Position numbers and translations under genes: made by a program. The notes below the pieces were generated by a model, which searched no databases, was not told where the DNA came from, and saw only the letters and a list, made by a program, of their open reading frames with translations. From positions 9,052 through 73,051 of IMG/VR virus record IMGVR_UViG_3300029448_000014: a stretch of 64,000 nt of DNA. One strand, given 5' to 3'. Shown piece by piece: positions 27,563 to 36,526 of this stretch (its first letter is position 1; each line of letters starts with the position of its first letter). Source of the DNA: a virus.

Positions 27563-27802
27563 TTAGACTTGGGCTAAAAAAGCACCAGCGTCATGGATTT
27601 TCTCGCCAACAATGGCAAGTACAAGTCCGACGTTGTTAACGCCACCACGGCAGCGTTGACGTACTTCTTTCCAATCGACCTGCTTAATCCAGACAATAGT
27701 GTCTGATACAGGAGGGAAGCTTTTAAATGCACCTTCGTCAAGTGACCACTCAGGGTCGCCACTTACGATTCGTGCATTAGCTTCAAAGTCTGAACTAGTC
27801 AT
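27563..27802 (-). CDS. early hypothetical protein
   Basis: Between hairpin repeats; likely start MTSSDF. Confidence 0.65.
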   Translation of the reverse strand: MTSSDFEANARIVSGDPEWSLDEGAFKSFPPVSDTIVWIKQVDWKEVRQRCRGGVNNVGLVLAIVGEKIHDAGAFLAQV

Positions 27803-27967
27803 CAATTTATTGATTGAAGAACAAGAAAAAACACAGCCGGTGTTAACCGGCGTGTATTTCAAAGGTTTCTTCCATTGGTAAGAGTGGCAGCAAAGCCAAT
27901 CCACACAGTGGTGCTTCAAAATTAAGAGCTAAAGTTAGTGCAGCATAAAATGTGATTGCGATACGGT

Positions 27968-28330
27968 TCAAGAGACATTGCAATCGCAAGGGTCTTCACC
28001 GAGATCTACTTTATCGAGGCATGAATATGCTATATGAATAAGCTTTTCATCACCTGCCCATAGTAGGCAAGTATCATCTTTCTCACTAAACTTCTTGTCA
28101 GCTATAACATCGTGCCATGCACCTAAGTGACTAAGGATGCGAAGACCAAGAGCTTTTGCAGCAATTGGACCTGGATGATCTTCTTGAAGTGTTTCTATGA
28201 GTGCATCAATATATACATCTAAATCGACTTTAGCTCCGTCAGAAGTTTCTGCAGGGACAAAGTCTGGTTCAGCATCGACTTGAAGACTGAGCAGCTGATT
28301 TCGTGAAATGCTGTCAGGTATGAATGTCAT
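27968..28330 (-). CDS. early acidic hypothetical protein
   Basis: 120 aa ORF downstream of a hairpin repeat. Confidence 0.7.
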   Translation of the reverse strand: MTFIPDSISRNQLLSLQVDAEPDFVPAETSDGAKVDLDVYIDALIETLQEDHPGPIAAKALGLRILSHLGAWHDVIADKKFSEKDDTCLLWAGDEKLIHIAYSCLDKVDLGEDPCDCNVS

Positions 28331-28388
28331 TATTTATTGACTAAGAACATAAAAAACCAAGGCCGTCGTTAGATCGGCCAAGGTTGGA

Positions 28389-28556
28389 TTAAAACGGAAG
28401 GTGGACTATTCCACTCCCGTTATGTATGTACAACAAAGGTTCAATGTTGTGATTCTTACGAAGGGAGTGAGCTGCATGTGTAGCTAAGTCCTTATCTCCG
28501 TAAGGTAGTACATTTGTAGACCCACGGGGGGTCTTGTACTGCAGGTAGTAGGTCAT
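28389..28556 (-). CDS. early hypothetical protein
   Basis: Start MTYYLQY coupled to the upstream TGA; AGGAGG RBS. Confidence 0.65.
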   Translation of the reverse strand: MTYYLQYKTPRGSTNVLPYGDKDLATHAAHSLRKNHNIEPLLYIHNGSGIVHLPF

Positions 28557-28714
28557 CAAGGATGAGGCCTCCTGCATGTTCGAATGTCTTCGTCGTAGTC
28601 ATCATAAAGACTTTCAATCCACGCAAGATGGACTGCACGTCTATGCTCTACATTTTCGCGCCACTCAGAAGTACCGGGATGGTCTTCAGGATCTAGCGCA
28701 GGTTCATAAGCCAT
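28556..28714 (-). CDS. early hypothetical protein, 52 aa (MAYEPALDPEDHPG...)
   Basis: Translated manually. Confidence 0.55.
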   Translation of the reverse strand: MAYEPALDPEDHPGTSEWRENVEHRRAVHLAWIESLYDDYDEDIRTCRRPHP

Positions 28715-28748
28715 ATTAGATAAACAAAGGATATGAAGTTGTTACGCC

Positions 28749-28961
28749 TCAGACGAGGGATGTGCTCAATTGAGCCCAACCTGCATCGGAAATAAAGTTT
28801 CCGACGTTGTCTGTAAAGAGTGGAGCGGAACCATCTGGTAGGACGGCGCACTGTGCCTCTTCAGTGAGGTAGTTGTAAGCATCTTCGTTTAGAGGCATAA
28901 CCAACGAGAGTCCAGGAATAGCTGTGTTGCTAATGATCTGGAAGTCTGTGGTTACTGCCAT
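28749..28961 (-). CDS. early hypothetical protein
   Basis: 70 aa ORF downstream of a hairpin repeat. Confidence 0.65.
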   Translation of the reverse strand: MAVTTDFQIISNTAIPGLSLVMPLNEDAYNYLTEEAQCAVLPDGSAPLFTDNVGNFISDAGWAQLSTSLV

Positions 28962-29079
28962 TTAGGTTTTGAAGTTATAGAACATTAAAACCAACTCCCG
29001 GTATTAACCGGGAAGGCTGTGAGGTTGTTCAGGCTGTTATTTAGCAAACCTGCTTGTTTCTATTTATAGCACCTATTTC

Positions 29080-29202
29080 TTACTGGTATTTACCTGAGCC
29101 GGTCCTATTACGTGAGAATCCGTACATAAGGACAACAGCAGTTGAGGTAACCCCTATTAGCCCAATTACAGCGAGAATAATGTTTGATTCAGAGAAGATC
29201 AT
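29080..29202 (-). CDS. small membrane protein, 40 aa (MIFSESNIILAVIGLIGVTSTAVVLMYGFSRNRTGSGKYQ)
   Basis: Translated manually; single TM helix with basic tail; downstream of a hairpin repeat. Confidence 0.6.
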   Translation of the reverse strand: MIFSESNIILAVIGLIGVTSTAVVLMYGFSRNRTGSGKYQ

Positions 29203-29303
29203 GGTTATAGATTAAAGTTCGTTAAAACCTATGACCGGCGTTAGCTCGGCAAAGGTTGGTTTAGAGTTAGTTTGGGCACCTACTTGTTTCTATTACCGCA
29301 TTT

Positions 29304-29519
29304 TTATAAGCCCGCTACCCAACCGCTATTAATGCAGTTAGTAATGACTTGATGAGCTTCATCGTAGGTAATAATACCTTCGTGAGCGGCAATATTTAGC
29401 TCGACAGCTATTTCATAACAGATGTTAGAAGGCTCATGTTCAATGACAGGTATTTCTATGGGACTAGCAGTTACGGGAGCAACTATTAGCAATAGCCATA
29501 TACAAGGTAGAAGCATCAT
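29304..29519 (-). CDS. small secreted or membrane hypothetical protein
   Basis: Signal-peptide-like N-terminus, two Cys in the mature part. Confidence 0.6.
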   Translation of the reverse strand: MMLLPCIWLLLIVAPVTASPIEIPVIEHEPSNICYEIAVELNIAAHEGIITYDEAHQVITNCINSGWVAGL

Positions 29520-29598
29520 AGTGTTCTTTATAGTGGGTTCTTTATATTGTCTTAATGTCGCCTAACATTTACAATAGGCGTATGTACATCATACGAAT

Positions 29599-29964
29599 AT
29601 GCGACACAAATTAAGAGATAGAATAATGTCCGTCGGACGGAATATACGCAACTTCGATGATGCATACAGTCAAGAGATTGCGCAGATGTACGAAGGAGCT
29701 AATCCAGTCGTAAGAGCTGCCAGTTACATGGTAGGAGGAGCACATCCTTCATTTCGGAAAGGCGAATTGAGTAAAGGGATGGGTCCTGAAACACGTAGAG
29801 AGCAGATGCTACGTAACGCGATGGAGTACGGGGTACCAGCAATGAACGCTGTCCCCAAATACGTAGTACCAGTCGCCGGAGTGACGCTGGCAGGGAGGGG
29901 GTTGATTGATCTAACGAATGCGTTCACCAATCAACAGACCCCAAACACTGTTATGCCTGACTAG
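29599..29964 (+). CDS. hypothetical protein, late-type gene inside the early region
   Basis: 121 aa ORF; TACAAT 29 nt upstream. Confidence 0.7.
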   Translation: MRHKLRDRIMSVGRNIRNFDDAYSQEIAQMYEGANPVVRAASYMVGGAHPSFRKGELSKGMGPETRREQMLRNAMEYGVPAMNAVPKYVVPVAGVTLAGRGLIDLTNAFTNQQTPNTVMPD

Positions 29965-30060
29965 ACATAGCTACCAAGCATGTAAAAAAGAGCCCAGCGT
30001 TAGCCGGCCTCTTGTGAACTCCTAATCTTGAGTAAATTAGGAGACGATTAGAAATATGTC

Positions 30061-30318
30061 CTACGCAGCTACTGGTGGAGCAGCTTCTGTAGGAACAGTA
30101 ACCGTCTGCTTATCAGCATCGTTCTTCTTAGCTTTGTTAGCGTCTGCTTGACGAGCAAGAGACTTGGCATAGCTGAAGGAGCCACCAACGACAACACTGT
30201 CGATGGAGCCATCTTCTTGTTGAAGTCCAACGTCGAAAATGTCGTACTGAGAATCAGTAGTGCCGACACGCTCGAAAAGACGGACAGAAACATCTTGTCC
30301 AGGGATCTTGAAAATCAT
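30061..30318 (-). CDS. early hypothetical protein
   Basis: Between hairpin repeats. Confidence 0.65.
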   Translation of the reverse strand: MIFKIPGQDVSVRLFERVGTTDSQYDIFDVGLQQEDGSIDSVVVGGSFSYAKSLARQADANKAKKNDADKQTVTVPTEAAPPVAA

Positions 30319-30393
30319 ATGCTTAATAACGAAGTGAACTGCTCTGATAGAGCATAAAAACCATGCCCGGCATTAGCCGGGTAAGGTGGCTGT

Positions 30394-30684
30394 TCAAACA
30401 GAGAGCAGTTCAAGCTCTTGCTGTAGATGGCTAGGTAGCTCAGTAGACCATGGGTCATTGAGAAATACCTTCTTATGAATTGGCTTAGTAGGTACTAGTC
30501 CAGGTTCATAGCCATAGCTGATCCATGACTTGTAGCAAGAGCGAAGCTCAGCTAACGAAGCAAAGGCTTTACACGAAGGTTTGCAACCGCCAAAGGCGAA
30601 GAAGCAACCGTCGTCAGTCTGAACGAAACGCCAGACAGAAAGACCTTGCTTGGTCATTTTGGATACAACAGCTAAATTAGTCAT
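30394..30684 (-). CDS. early hypothetical protein
   Basis: Between hairpin repeats. Confidence 0.65.
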   Translation of the reverse strand: MTNLAVVSKMTKQGLSVWRFVQTDDGCFFAFGGCKPSCKAFASLAELRSCYKSWISYGYEPGLVPTKPIHKKVFLNDPWSTELPSHLQQELELLSV

Positions 30685-30799
30685 TTGAATTTATGAAAAG
30701 AACACTAATAAGAAAACCCGGCGTTAGCCGGGGTAGATAGTTAGGAACCTATCACCACCATCCAAAGGATGACAGTGAAGGTTAGTAAGAAATAGATGA

Positions 30800-30988
30800 T
30801 CAAAGGTACTTAATAGATACACAGTATTTAGTTGTGCCAGAAAAGCCACGTACAGATATCAATGTATGAGTAGTGGATTGAGCTTGACAATCACGTGAGG
30901 CAATCTCATTGTTCATTGCAGTAAGAGGAATGAGTGAGATAAATCCCATGGTGATGCCAAACAAGATGGCGGAGGAATACTTGAACAT
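30800..30988 (-). CDS. early small membrane protein
   Basis: N-terminal TM helix, two Cys. Confidence 0.6.
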   Translation of the reverse strand: MFKYSSAILFGITMGFISLIPLTAMNNEIASRDCQAQSTTHTLISVRGFSGTTKYCVSIKYL

Positions 30989-31044
30989 TAGTGAAAGCAA
31001 ATGATTACATAGAAATAGAAGCCCGGTATTTGCCGGGCAATGTG

Positions 31045-31221
31045 TCAGTTCCCGTTGAGGAACTCAGCAATTTCCCAGTCGTAGTCTGCTTCACAAGCGA
31101 AGTAGCGACCGTGGATGGTACAAGGAAATGTACGCTTAGTAGGAGACGTAGACTGATGAACTTCACGTTCAGTCATTCCAGTCTGCTGCATTATGTTAGT
31201 CACATAAGGATTAGTGGACAT
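31045..31221 (-). CDS. early hypothetical protein
   Basis: Start MSTNPY preceded by ATTAACTACT, shared with the neighbouring gene. Confidence 0.65.
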   Translation of the reverse strand: MSTNPYVTNIMQQTGMTEREVHQSTSPTKRTFPCTIHGRYFACEADYDWEIAEFLNGN

Positions 31222-31285
31222 AGTAGTTAATGAGATATAGAACAATAAAAAACACAACCGGCATTAGCCGGAGTGTTGGCAGTTG

Positions 31286-31468
31286 TTAGAAAGGGATGTC
31301 AGTGTCGTTGGGAGCAACTATCTTGTGGACACTGGTTTCAGCGTTTACATCTTCGTATGTAGCAGCATATGCATCTGCTTCATCGCGAGAGTTGAACTCG
31401 AAGTAGTTGTCCTCGGCGTAACCATCGTCACAGGACATGGTACTTACACGACACATGTAGATAAACAT
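31286..31468 (-). CDS. first gene of the left arm: small acidic protein ending in DTDIPF
   Basis: Start preceded by ATTAACTACT; SSB-like C-terminal tip. Confidence 0.65.
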   Translation of the reverse strand: MFIYMCRVSTMSCDDGYAEDNYFEFNSRDEADAYAATYEDVNAETSVHKIVAPNDTDIPF

Positions 31469-31519
31469 AGTAGTTAATTGATTAAGATCACAAGACATAG
31501 AGCCGTTGTTAAACGGCGA

Positions 31520-32200
31520 AGGGTTATGGATGTTCGGTAGGTGTGGTAGGAGAATATACTTATGGGTAACTGATTGAGACTAAGGATCACTTAAGAAACA
31601 CACAAGTATTGGGTAAATGTTGCAACGGAAGTAAGACTTAAGTTGCTAATTGCAATAACTTATGTGAACGCAAGATGGAAACGAAAGTTAATTCGTAAGA
31701 AAACTTATGCATGATACGAAATCGTATCGCAAAAGAATTAACTTGAGTTTACTTGCGTGAATCGTGAGTGAAATCGTAAGTGTAACTTACGGTTGATCGA
31801 ACAAATGCATACGTGAACGAGCGAAGCGAGTGAACAACTGTAGTTATACACTAACTTTTAATCGTAAGTGCAAACGGTTGTTATAACGGCTGTTCTTCCC
31901 TTTTTTTTGTTTGAGTAACCTGATGGGTAGTGAGTATATTAGACCAGTCGAGAAAATCATATTAATTTACGGTTCCTATAGGGTTTTTTGTCAATAAGCC
32001 GCGTGCGTATATAACTATAAAATATTTTTTCAACTTTTTTGCCGCCCATAGAAAGTTTCTTGCCAAAGACTCACGTGCTCTGCTTATTTGGCAAACGAAT
32101 GTTCGTCCACTACCTAACTCATACCGACTACGGATAAAGGCTGTGTTTTGATACCCACAAATTCCACAGATAGTGCATGTTTGCGCAATTTATTGGAGTC
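31520..32200. other. non-coding divergence region with iterated motifs and mini-hairpins (possible origin or genome terminus)
   Basis: No ORF of 60 aa or more; AATCGT(A/G)AGTG x3, hairpins at 31713-31728 and 31775-31791, GCGAAGC at 31821; coding-strand switch. Confidence 0.6.
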
Positions 32201-32210
32201 GAGCACTAAT

Positions 32211-32332
32211 AACCACGCAAACCACGGTAAAACACGTTAATCCCTATAAACCTATTCCGTTATTCCTCTCTCTGTACCCCTATTTAAAAATGCTCTTTAT
32301 AGAGAGTAGTGTGGTAAGTGTGGTTTTGTAGT
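32211..32332. promoter_or_regulatory. origin-like element B
   Basis: ACCAC repeats at 9-bp period, inverted GTGG repeats on the right arm; 31/37 nt identical to 23161-23197. Confidence 0.5.
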
Positions 32333-32365
32333 AGTTACTATTGAGTTGATAGAAGCGGCATCTCA

Positions 32366-32692
32366 ATGTTTAAAACTAGTGAAGACAGATGGAGAGATAG
32401 AAGCTTGCGATTAGCTTTCGGAGATGATATAGGATATGACGCTGCTAAAAATGCCCTAAAACAACGTTATGGTGTAGGGAAAATAGTAAAAGGACCATCT
32501 AATCCATCTGTAAGAATTCCTGATGGAAAAACTACGGAGATCGCAACACCAATTCAGTCAATACCTACTGCATATGCAGAAGAAACAGTAATGCCTGCCT
32601 ATTTGACTGCTGATACTAGAGAAAATACTGAGGCCGCACAAAAAGCACAAGCTGTTTTACGGCAATATCTTTCAACGATGAAGGATCGTTAA
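32366..32692 (+). CDS. hypothetical protein
   Basis: 108 aa ORF, TACTAT 30 nt upstream. Confidence 0.7.
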   Translation: MFKTSEDRWRDRSLRLAFGDDIGYDAAKNALKQRYGVGKIVKGPSNPSVRIPDGKTTEIATPIQSIPTAYAEETVMPAYLTADTRENTEAAQKAQAVLRQYLSTMKDR

Positions 32693-32718
32693 ACTAAAGG
32701 TACTGTAATATCAGATTA

Positions 32719-33009
32719 ATGCGTAACATAGCTGAAGAAAGTAGACAACGTAATTTCTTGAAGAGAAGTCGTCAGGAAATGATTGACAAGGCTATGTGTA
32801 AGCCTGGATATACCTGGAATGAAACTCTGAAGAGGTGCCTGCCTGCTTATGTCGGTGATATGGATAATGTAATCGAAATTCCAGAACAACCAATAGAAAA
32901 ACCTGTGCCGGAAACAATCGCGATGCCAAAATCAGAGATGCCACAACTTAAGGCTCCGGATAAGGCAATTGCTAAAGAAGTAAGTAAAAGGTCAATTAAA
33001 AAAAGATAA
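32719..33009 (+). CDS. hypothetical protein
   Basis: 96 aa; CKPGYTWNETLKRC motif. Confidence 0.7.
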   Translation: MRNIAEESRQRNFLKRSRQEMIDKAMCKPGYTWNETLKRCLPAYVGDMDNVIEIPEQPIEKPVPETIAMPKSEMPQLKAPDKAIAKEVSKRSIKKR

Positions 33010-33050
33010 AATGATTGTAGAATTAAGTTATTAAGACATTAAATTGAGCA

Positions 33051-34118
33051 ATGAATTCATACGGAAATGAACCGACCTTTCAGCAGCTTATTGCAAAAGG
33101 CCTTAATTATTATAATAATAATTTATACGGTGAGAATGGGGGATATTTCAACAAAATAAATCAAACGCCTGGGAAAAAATATTTAAATAAGGATGTAACT
33201 CTAAACAACGTTTATGGAAGTCTACCTTCAGACTATAAAAGAACTGAACTTTTGGCAAGAGGTGACATTTATGGAGCTCTACCTTCAGACTATAAATCAA
33301 CAGAATTAGCAACCCGTAATGTAACAAAAGATAGTGGCGCAAAAGGTACTCAAACCAGCCCTGGTCGTGGGATGAATATCATGTCTATGAAGAATGCTGA
33401 TGATTTGTATAAAGAGCTTGGACTAGGCCCATATCATCAGAATAATCCGTTTTCTCAAAAGCTTGATACTTCAAACACTAATTTCCCTACTGAACCAATC
33501 ACTGGCATTGATACAGGTGAGATGGGAGATTATATGGGACCGGCTAGCACTAATTTTTTCAATAATGAAGCTGCATCAAATATTGAGGGAATCCCTACAG
33601 CAAAATTATTTTCTAAGGAATTAGATCTAGATATTGCTGACAAGCCTGAAACACAAAGGGAGCGTGCAAGGAGAGCGTTTCTTGACACCGATGAATCCAT
33701 GAAAGCGCTTCGTGCCCGTGACAGAGAATTAGGCATGATGTATGCAGGTGGAAACTATTATGAATTAGGAGATGACGGTGAATTCCAAAAAAATGCAGAT
33801 GGAAAAACAAACAAACCCCTTACTGCTGAAGAGTTTAAAGATAGATTTAAAAATAATTTAATTTCAAGTAAAGCATCAGAAAACCCCTTTGCTCAGCAAC
33901 CAGCTCCAGCCTCATTTGATACTGAATTTAATACTGAGAGAAAAGTTGATATCGGAACTACACAAGATCTCGGGAATCAATTTGACATGGAGAATGCGTT
34001 TGACTTTAATAATCCAGAAACTCCAAAATACAAAGATGAATATTTTAATGGTGAGATTGATTTAAGTAAAATACTAGGTGAAGATTTCAATAGAACCCCT
34101 TATATGAGATCCAAATAA
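33051..34118 (+). CDS. putative internal virion protein
   Basis: 355 aa, low complexity; 19-aa internal repeat YGxLPSDYKxTEL. Confidence 0.7.
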   Translation: MNSYGNEPTFQQLIAKGLNYYNNNLYGENGGYFNKINQTPGKKYLNKDVTLNNVYGSLPSDYKRTELLARGDIYGALPSDYKSTELATRNVTKDSGAKGTQTSPGRGMNIMSMKNADDLYKELGLGPYHQNNPFSQKLDTSNTNFPTEPITGIDTGEMGDYMGPASTNFFNNEAASNIEGIPTAKLFSKELDLDIADKPETQRERARRAFLDTDESMKALRARDRELGMMYAGGNYYELGDDGEFQKNADGKTNKPLTAEEFKDRFKNNLISSKASENPFAQQPAPASFDTEFNTERKVDIGTTQDLGNQFDMENAFDFNNPETPKYKDEYFNGEIDLSKILGEDFNRTPYMRSK

Positions 34119-34167
34119 AGTTAATACAAAACTTTCTACAATAGGTTTAGGTTTATAAGTAACGAAT

Positions 34168-36237
34168 GTGTCTTTAGAAGATATTCAACGCATCCATAAT
34201 CGGGTCATTACCGGTATAGGTAATACATCTGCTAGCAATAACTTTAAGCAGCATAAAAATGACCTCAATAGTAAGCTAATTGCAAGTGCAGAAGCATTTG
34301 CTGCTGGTCGAACACTTGGGATGAGCGAAGAAGAGACACTTGCTGCTATCTCAAGAAGCCTACGTAAGCAAAAACGCGCTGATGACAGGGTTTCACAAGA
34401 TGATATTGAGCGTAGATTAATACAATCTTCAAAAACCCTCACTGATCCAGCCAATCCTGCTGAAATTAAAGGTGTATCACTACGAGAAGAGCCTGAAGTA
34501 GACCCATTCGGGCAAGATCAGGGTCAATATTATGAATATAGGGAAGGAGATAGTCAATATACAGACCAACAACGTAGAAATACGCTCGAAGCCATGGCTG
34601 ACATGGAAGCTCGGGACGAAATGGGACAAAGAGTTTACGATCGCTACGGTGTTCAGCTAAACAACAACGTCAATCCAGCTGATTACGACGAATTAGCTGC
34701 TGAATTGGAAACATTACGAGGAACAAGTGCAAGTGCAGGCGACAGATCGCCAGTTGCTCCACAATCTGCACTCAGAGACGCTGTTGCACGCCTCAATGCC
34801 GCTGAATCTCAACAATCAGGCTTAATGTCTAAAGTCAGAGGACTAATTGGCGGTAATCCAGAAGAAATTCCTGGATTAGTCGGCATAAGAGGCGAATTAG
34901 AGGATGAACTACAGGCTGGCAAGGTTCAACGTGATGCTGATTCTGCATTATCCCAAGAAATGGTCCGAAGAGATAACGAGAGGTTCTCTGGTCGTCGTGC
35001 AGGCTATAGCAACGTAAAAGCTGCGATGGAAGCAGAAGATATCGGTGAAACAATGTATCGCCCTTCATCTACTTATCCAGGAATTGAGCTGCCTGCAGTA
35101 CGTGCAGATAAAACAATAGCTGCTATCGGAGCTGCAAATCCACGTCAATTCCCAGTCGCAGGCTTCAATGATGGAGGTATCGCGTTAGATCCAGCTACCG
35201 GTAACCCAATCGGTATGCAGGGTATGGATATTTATACAGGTCCTAATACGGATTCTGGTTCAACTCTAAATGCACCTATGACGACTAGGGCATGGATGGT
35301 TGAGAAACAACCAGGATATAGAGAAGGCGGAAGAATGTTTGGAGACTTCCCTCAAGCAGGTGTAACTGCAGCAACATCTTTATTTGCAGACCGTATCCGG
35401 GGAATGGAAGGAGCAGAAGAGGGATCACGACCATTCAGTAATGTGTCACCAAACATTCGAAGTATCAGCGAACTTCAACGCGCTGCTGATGCCGTTATTG
35501 CCGATACACCTGGACCTTTTTACACAAAAGAGGTAAATCCAGAAGGTGGTCGGATGATTAGTAGAAAGCAGCAGATCCCAGATATTCGAGGTGTTCTAGG
35601 CAAATTACGTTATACACCTGCCCAAGAAGCTGAACTAGCAAATGCAATGTATCAATTGGAAGTAGCTCAGGCAACTGAAATCAATCAAAACGGAAAAGGT
35701 CAGTACTACACGCGAACTGGCCCAATGGGCAAATTAGAACCAACTGGTTTCGGAGGCACAACACCAGGTGGAGCAAAAGTCTTCTTTAACTCACCTGAAG
35801 CAATTGACCCTCGTGCTGGACAAGCTCCTGTTGCACGAATGAATCCAGGTCAAACAATTGAAGGCCGTGACATTGTCACCGCATTTAAGGGTCTGCCATC
35901 ACCAGGAGCTCAACAACCATTCATTGGTCAAGTTGCTGATGAACCTCCACGTATGAATAGATTTAATAGTACAGGTCAAACATCGCCTGAAGGTATTGAG
36001 CAAGCACTACGGCAACAGGAACAGGAGTTTGCATTTAAGAGGCAAAAGACAGCAGCAAAGAAAGATCCACGCACAATCGTAAGACCAGTTGAACAGCAAC
36101 CAGTAGATGAATCAGCGCTTCGAGGTAAAGTAGTAAAAGCACAACTTACGCAAGAACGTGCTAATCGTGACGCTAAAAAACGTCAGGCCAAACAGACCGA
36201 AATTATGCAGTACATTCCACGTAGGTTCAGAGGTTAA
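34168..36237 (+). CDS. putative internal virion protein
   Basis: 689 aa, no Cys, G/A/Q/P-rich. Confidence 0.75.
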   Translation: MSLEDIQRIHNRVITGIGNTSASNNFKQHKNDLNSKLIASAEAFAAGRTLGMSEEETLAAISRSLRKQKRADDRVSQDDIERRLIQSSKTLTDPANPAEIKGVSLREEPEVDPFGQDQGQYYEYREGDSQYTDQQRRNTLEAMADMEARDEMGQRVYDRYGVQLNNNVNPADYDELAAELETLRGTSASAGDRSPVAPQSALRDAVARLNAAESQQSGLMSKVRGLIGGNPEEIPGLVGIRGELEDELQAGKVQRDADSALSQEMVRRDNERFSGRRAGYSNVKAAMEAEDIGETMYRPSSTYPGIELPAVRADKTIAAIGAANPRQFPVAGFNDGGIALDPATGNPIGMQGMDIYTGPNTDSGSTLNAPMTTRAWMVEKQPGYREGGRMFGDFPQAGVTAATSLFADRIRGMEGAEEGSRPFSNVSPNIRSISELQRAADAVIADTPGPFYTKEVNPEGGRMISRKQQIPDIRGVLGKLRYTPAQEAELANAMYQLEVAQATEINQNGKGQYYTRTGPMGKLEPTGFGGTTPGGAKVFFNSPEAIDPRAGQAPVARMNPGQTIEGRDIVTAFKGLPSPGAQQPFIGQVADEPPRMNRFNSTGQTSPEGIEQALRQQEQEFAFKRQKTAAKKDPRTIVRPVEQQPVDESALRGKVVKAQLTQERANRDAKKRQAKQTEIMQYIPRRFRG

Positions 36238-36239
36238 TC

Positions 36240-36524
36240 ATGGCATTTGATCCAAAGGTAGTTCTACAAGGAAATGCCGATAAAAAGAAACTTGAAGAAA
36301 ATCCAACCGTAGGATTTACTGCAAGCGGTGCAAGTAGTCCTGAACCTACCGAGATATTAGGCCAAGACACTACGCGAATGGCAGGACCAGGTGGAGCCTT
36401 TGCATTCAAGATGATGCAAGATCCAGCTTTCGCCGAAAACATACAAGGCTGGAATGCGTTATTTGCACAATCAAACCAAGGCATGGAATTTAACCGAGCT
36501 AAAAATCAAATGGGAGCTGTTTAA
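36240..36524 (+). CDS. hypothetical protein (RMAG motif)
   Basis: Coupled ORF. Confidence 0.7.
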   Translation: MAFDPKVVLQGNADKKKLEENPTVGFTASGASSPEPTEILGQDTTRMAGPGGAFAFKMMQDPAFAENIQGWNALFAQSNQGMEFNRAKNQMGAV

Positions 36525-36526
36525 TC

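Larger units (their letters stand above)
2970..31517. repeat. dispersed hairpin repeat family, 19 copies (consensus CCGGC-GTTA-GCCGG on + strand)
   Basis: Copies start at 2970, 9996, 17825, 18068, 22278, 24843, 25658, 27015, 27531, 27836, 28361, 28996, 29235, 29994, 30366, 30717, 31021, 31258, 31502; intergenic, with compensatory stem changes. Confidence 0.92.

Noticed and set aside
29080-29202. Apparent frameshifted pseudogene
   Set aside because: Recounting the C4 run at 29151-29154 gives an intact 40-aa ORF
24843-31517. Hairpin repeats as a CRISPR array or integron attC array
   Set aside because: Repeats are only 14-20 nt and degenerate, separated by whole genes of variable length; no cas or integrase gene in the window; no attC core sites recognised
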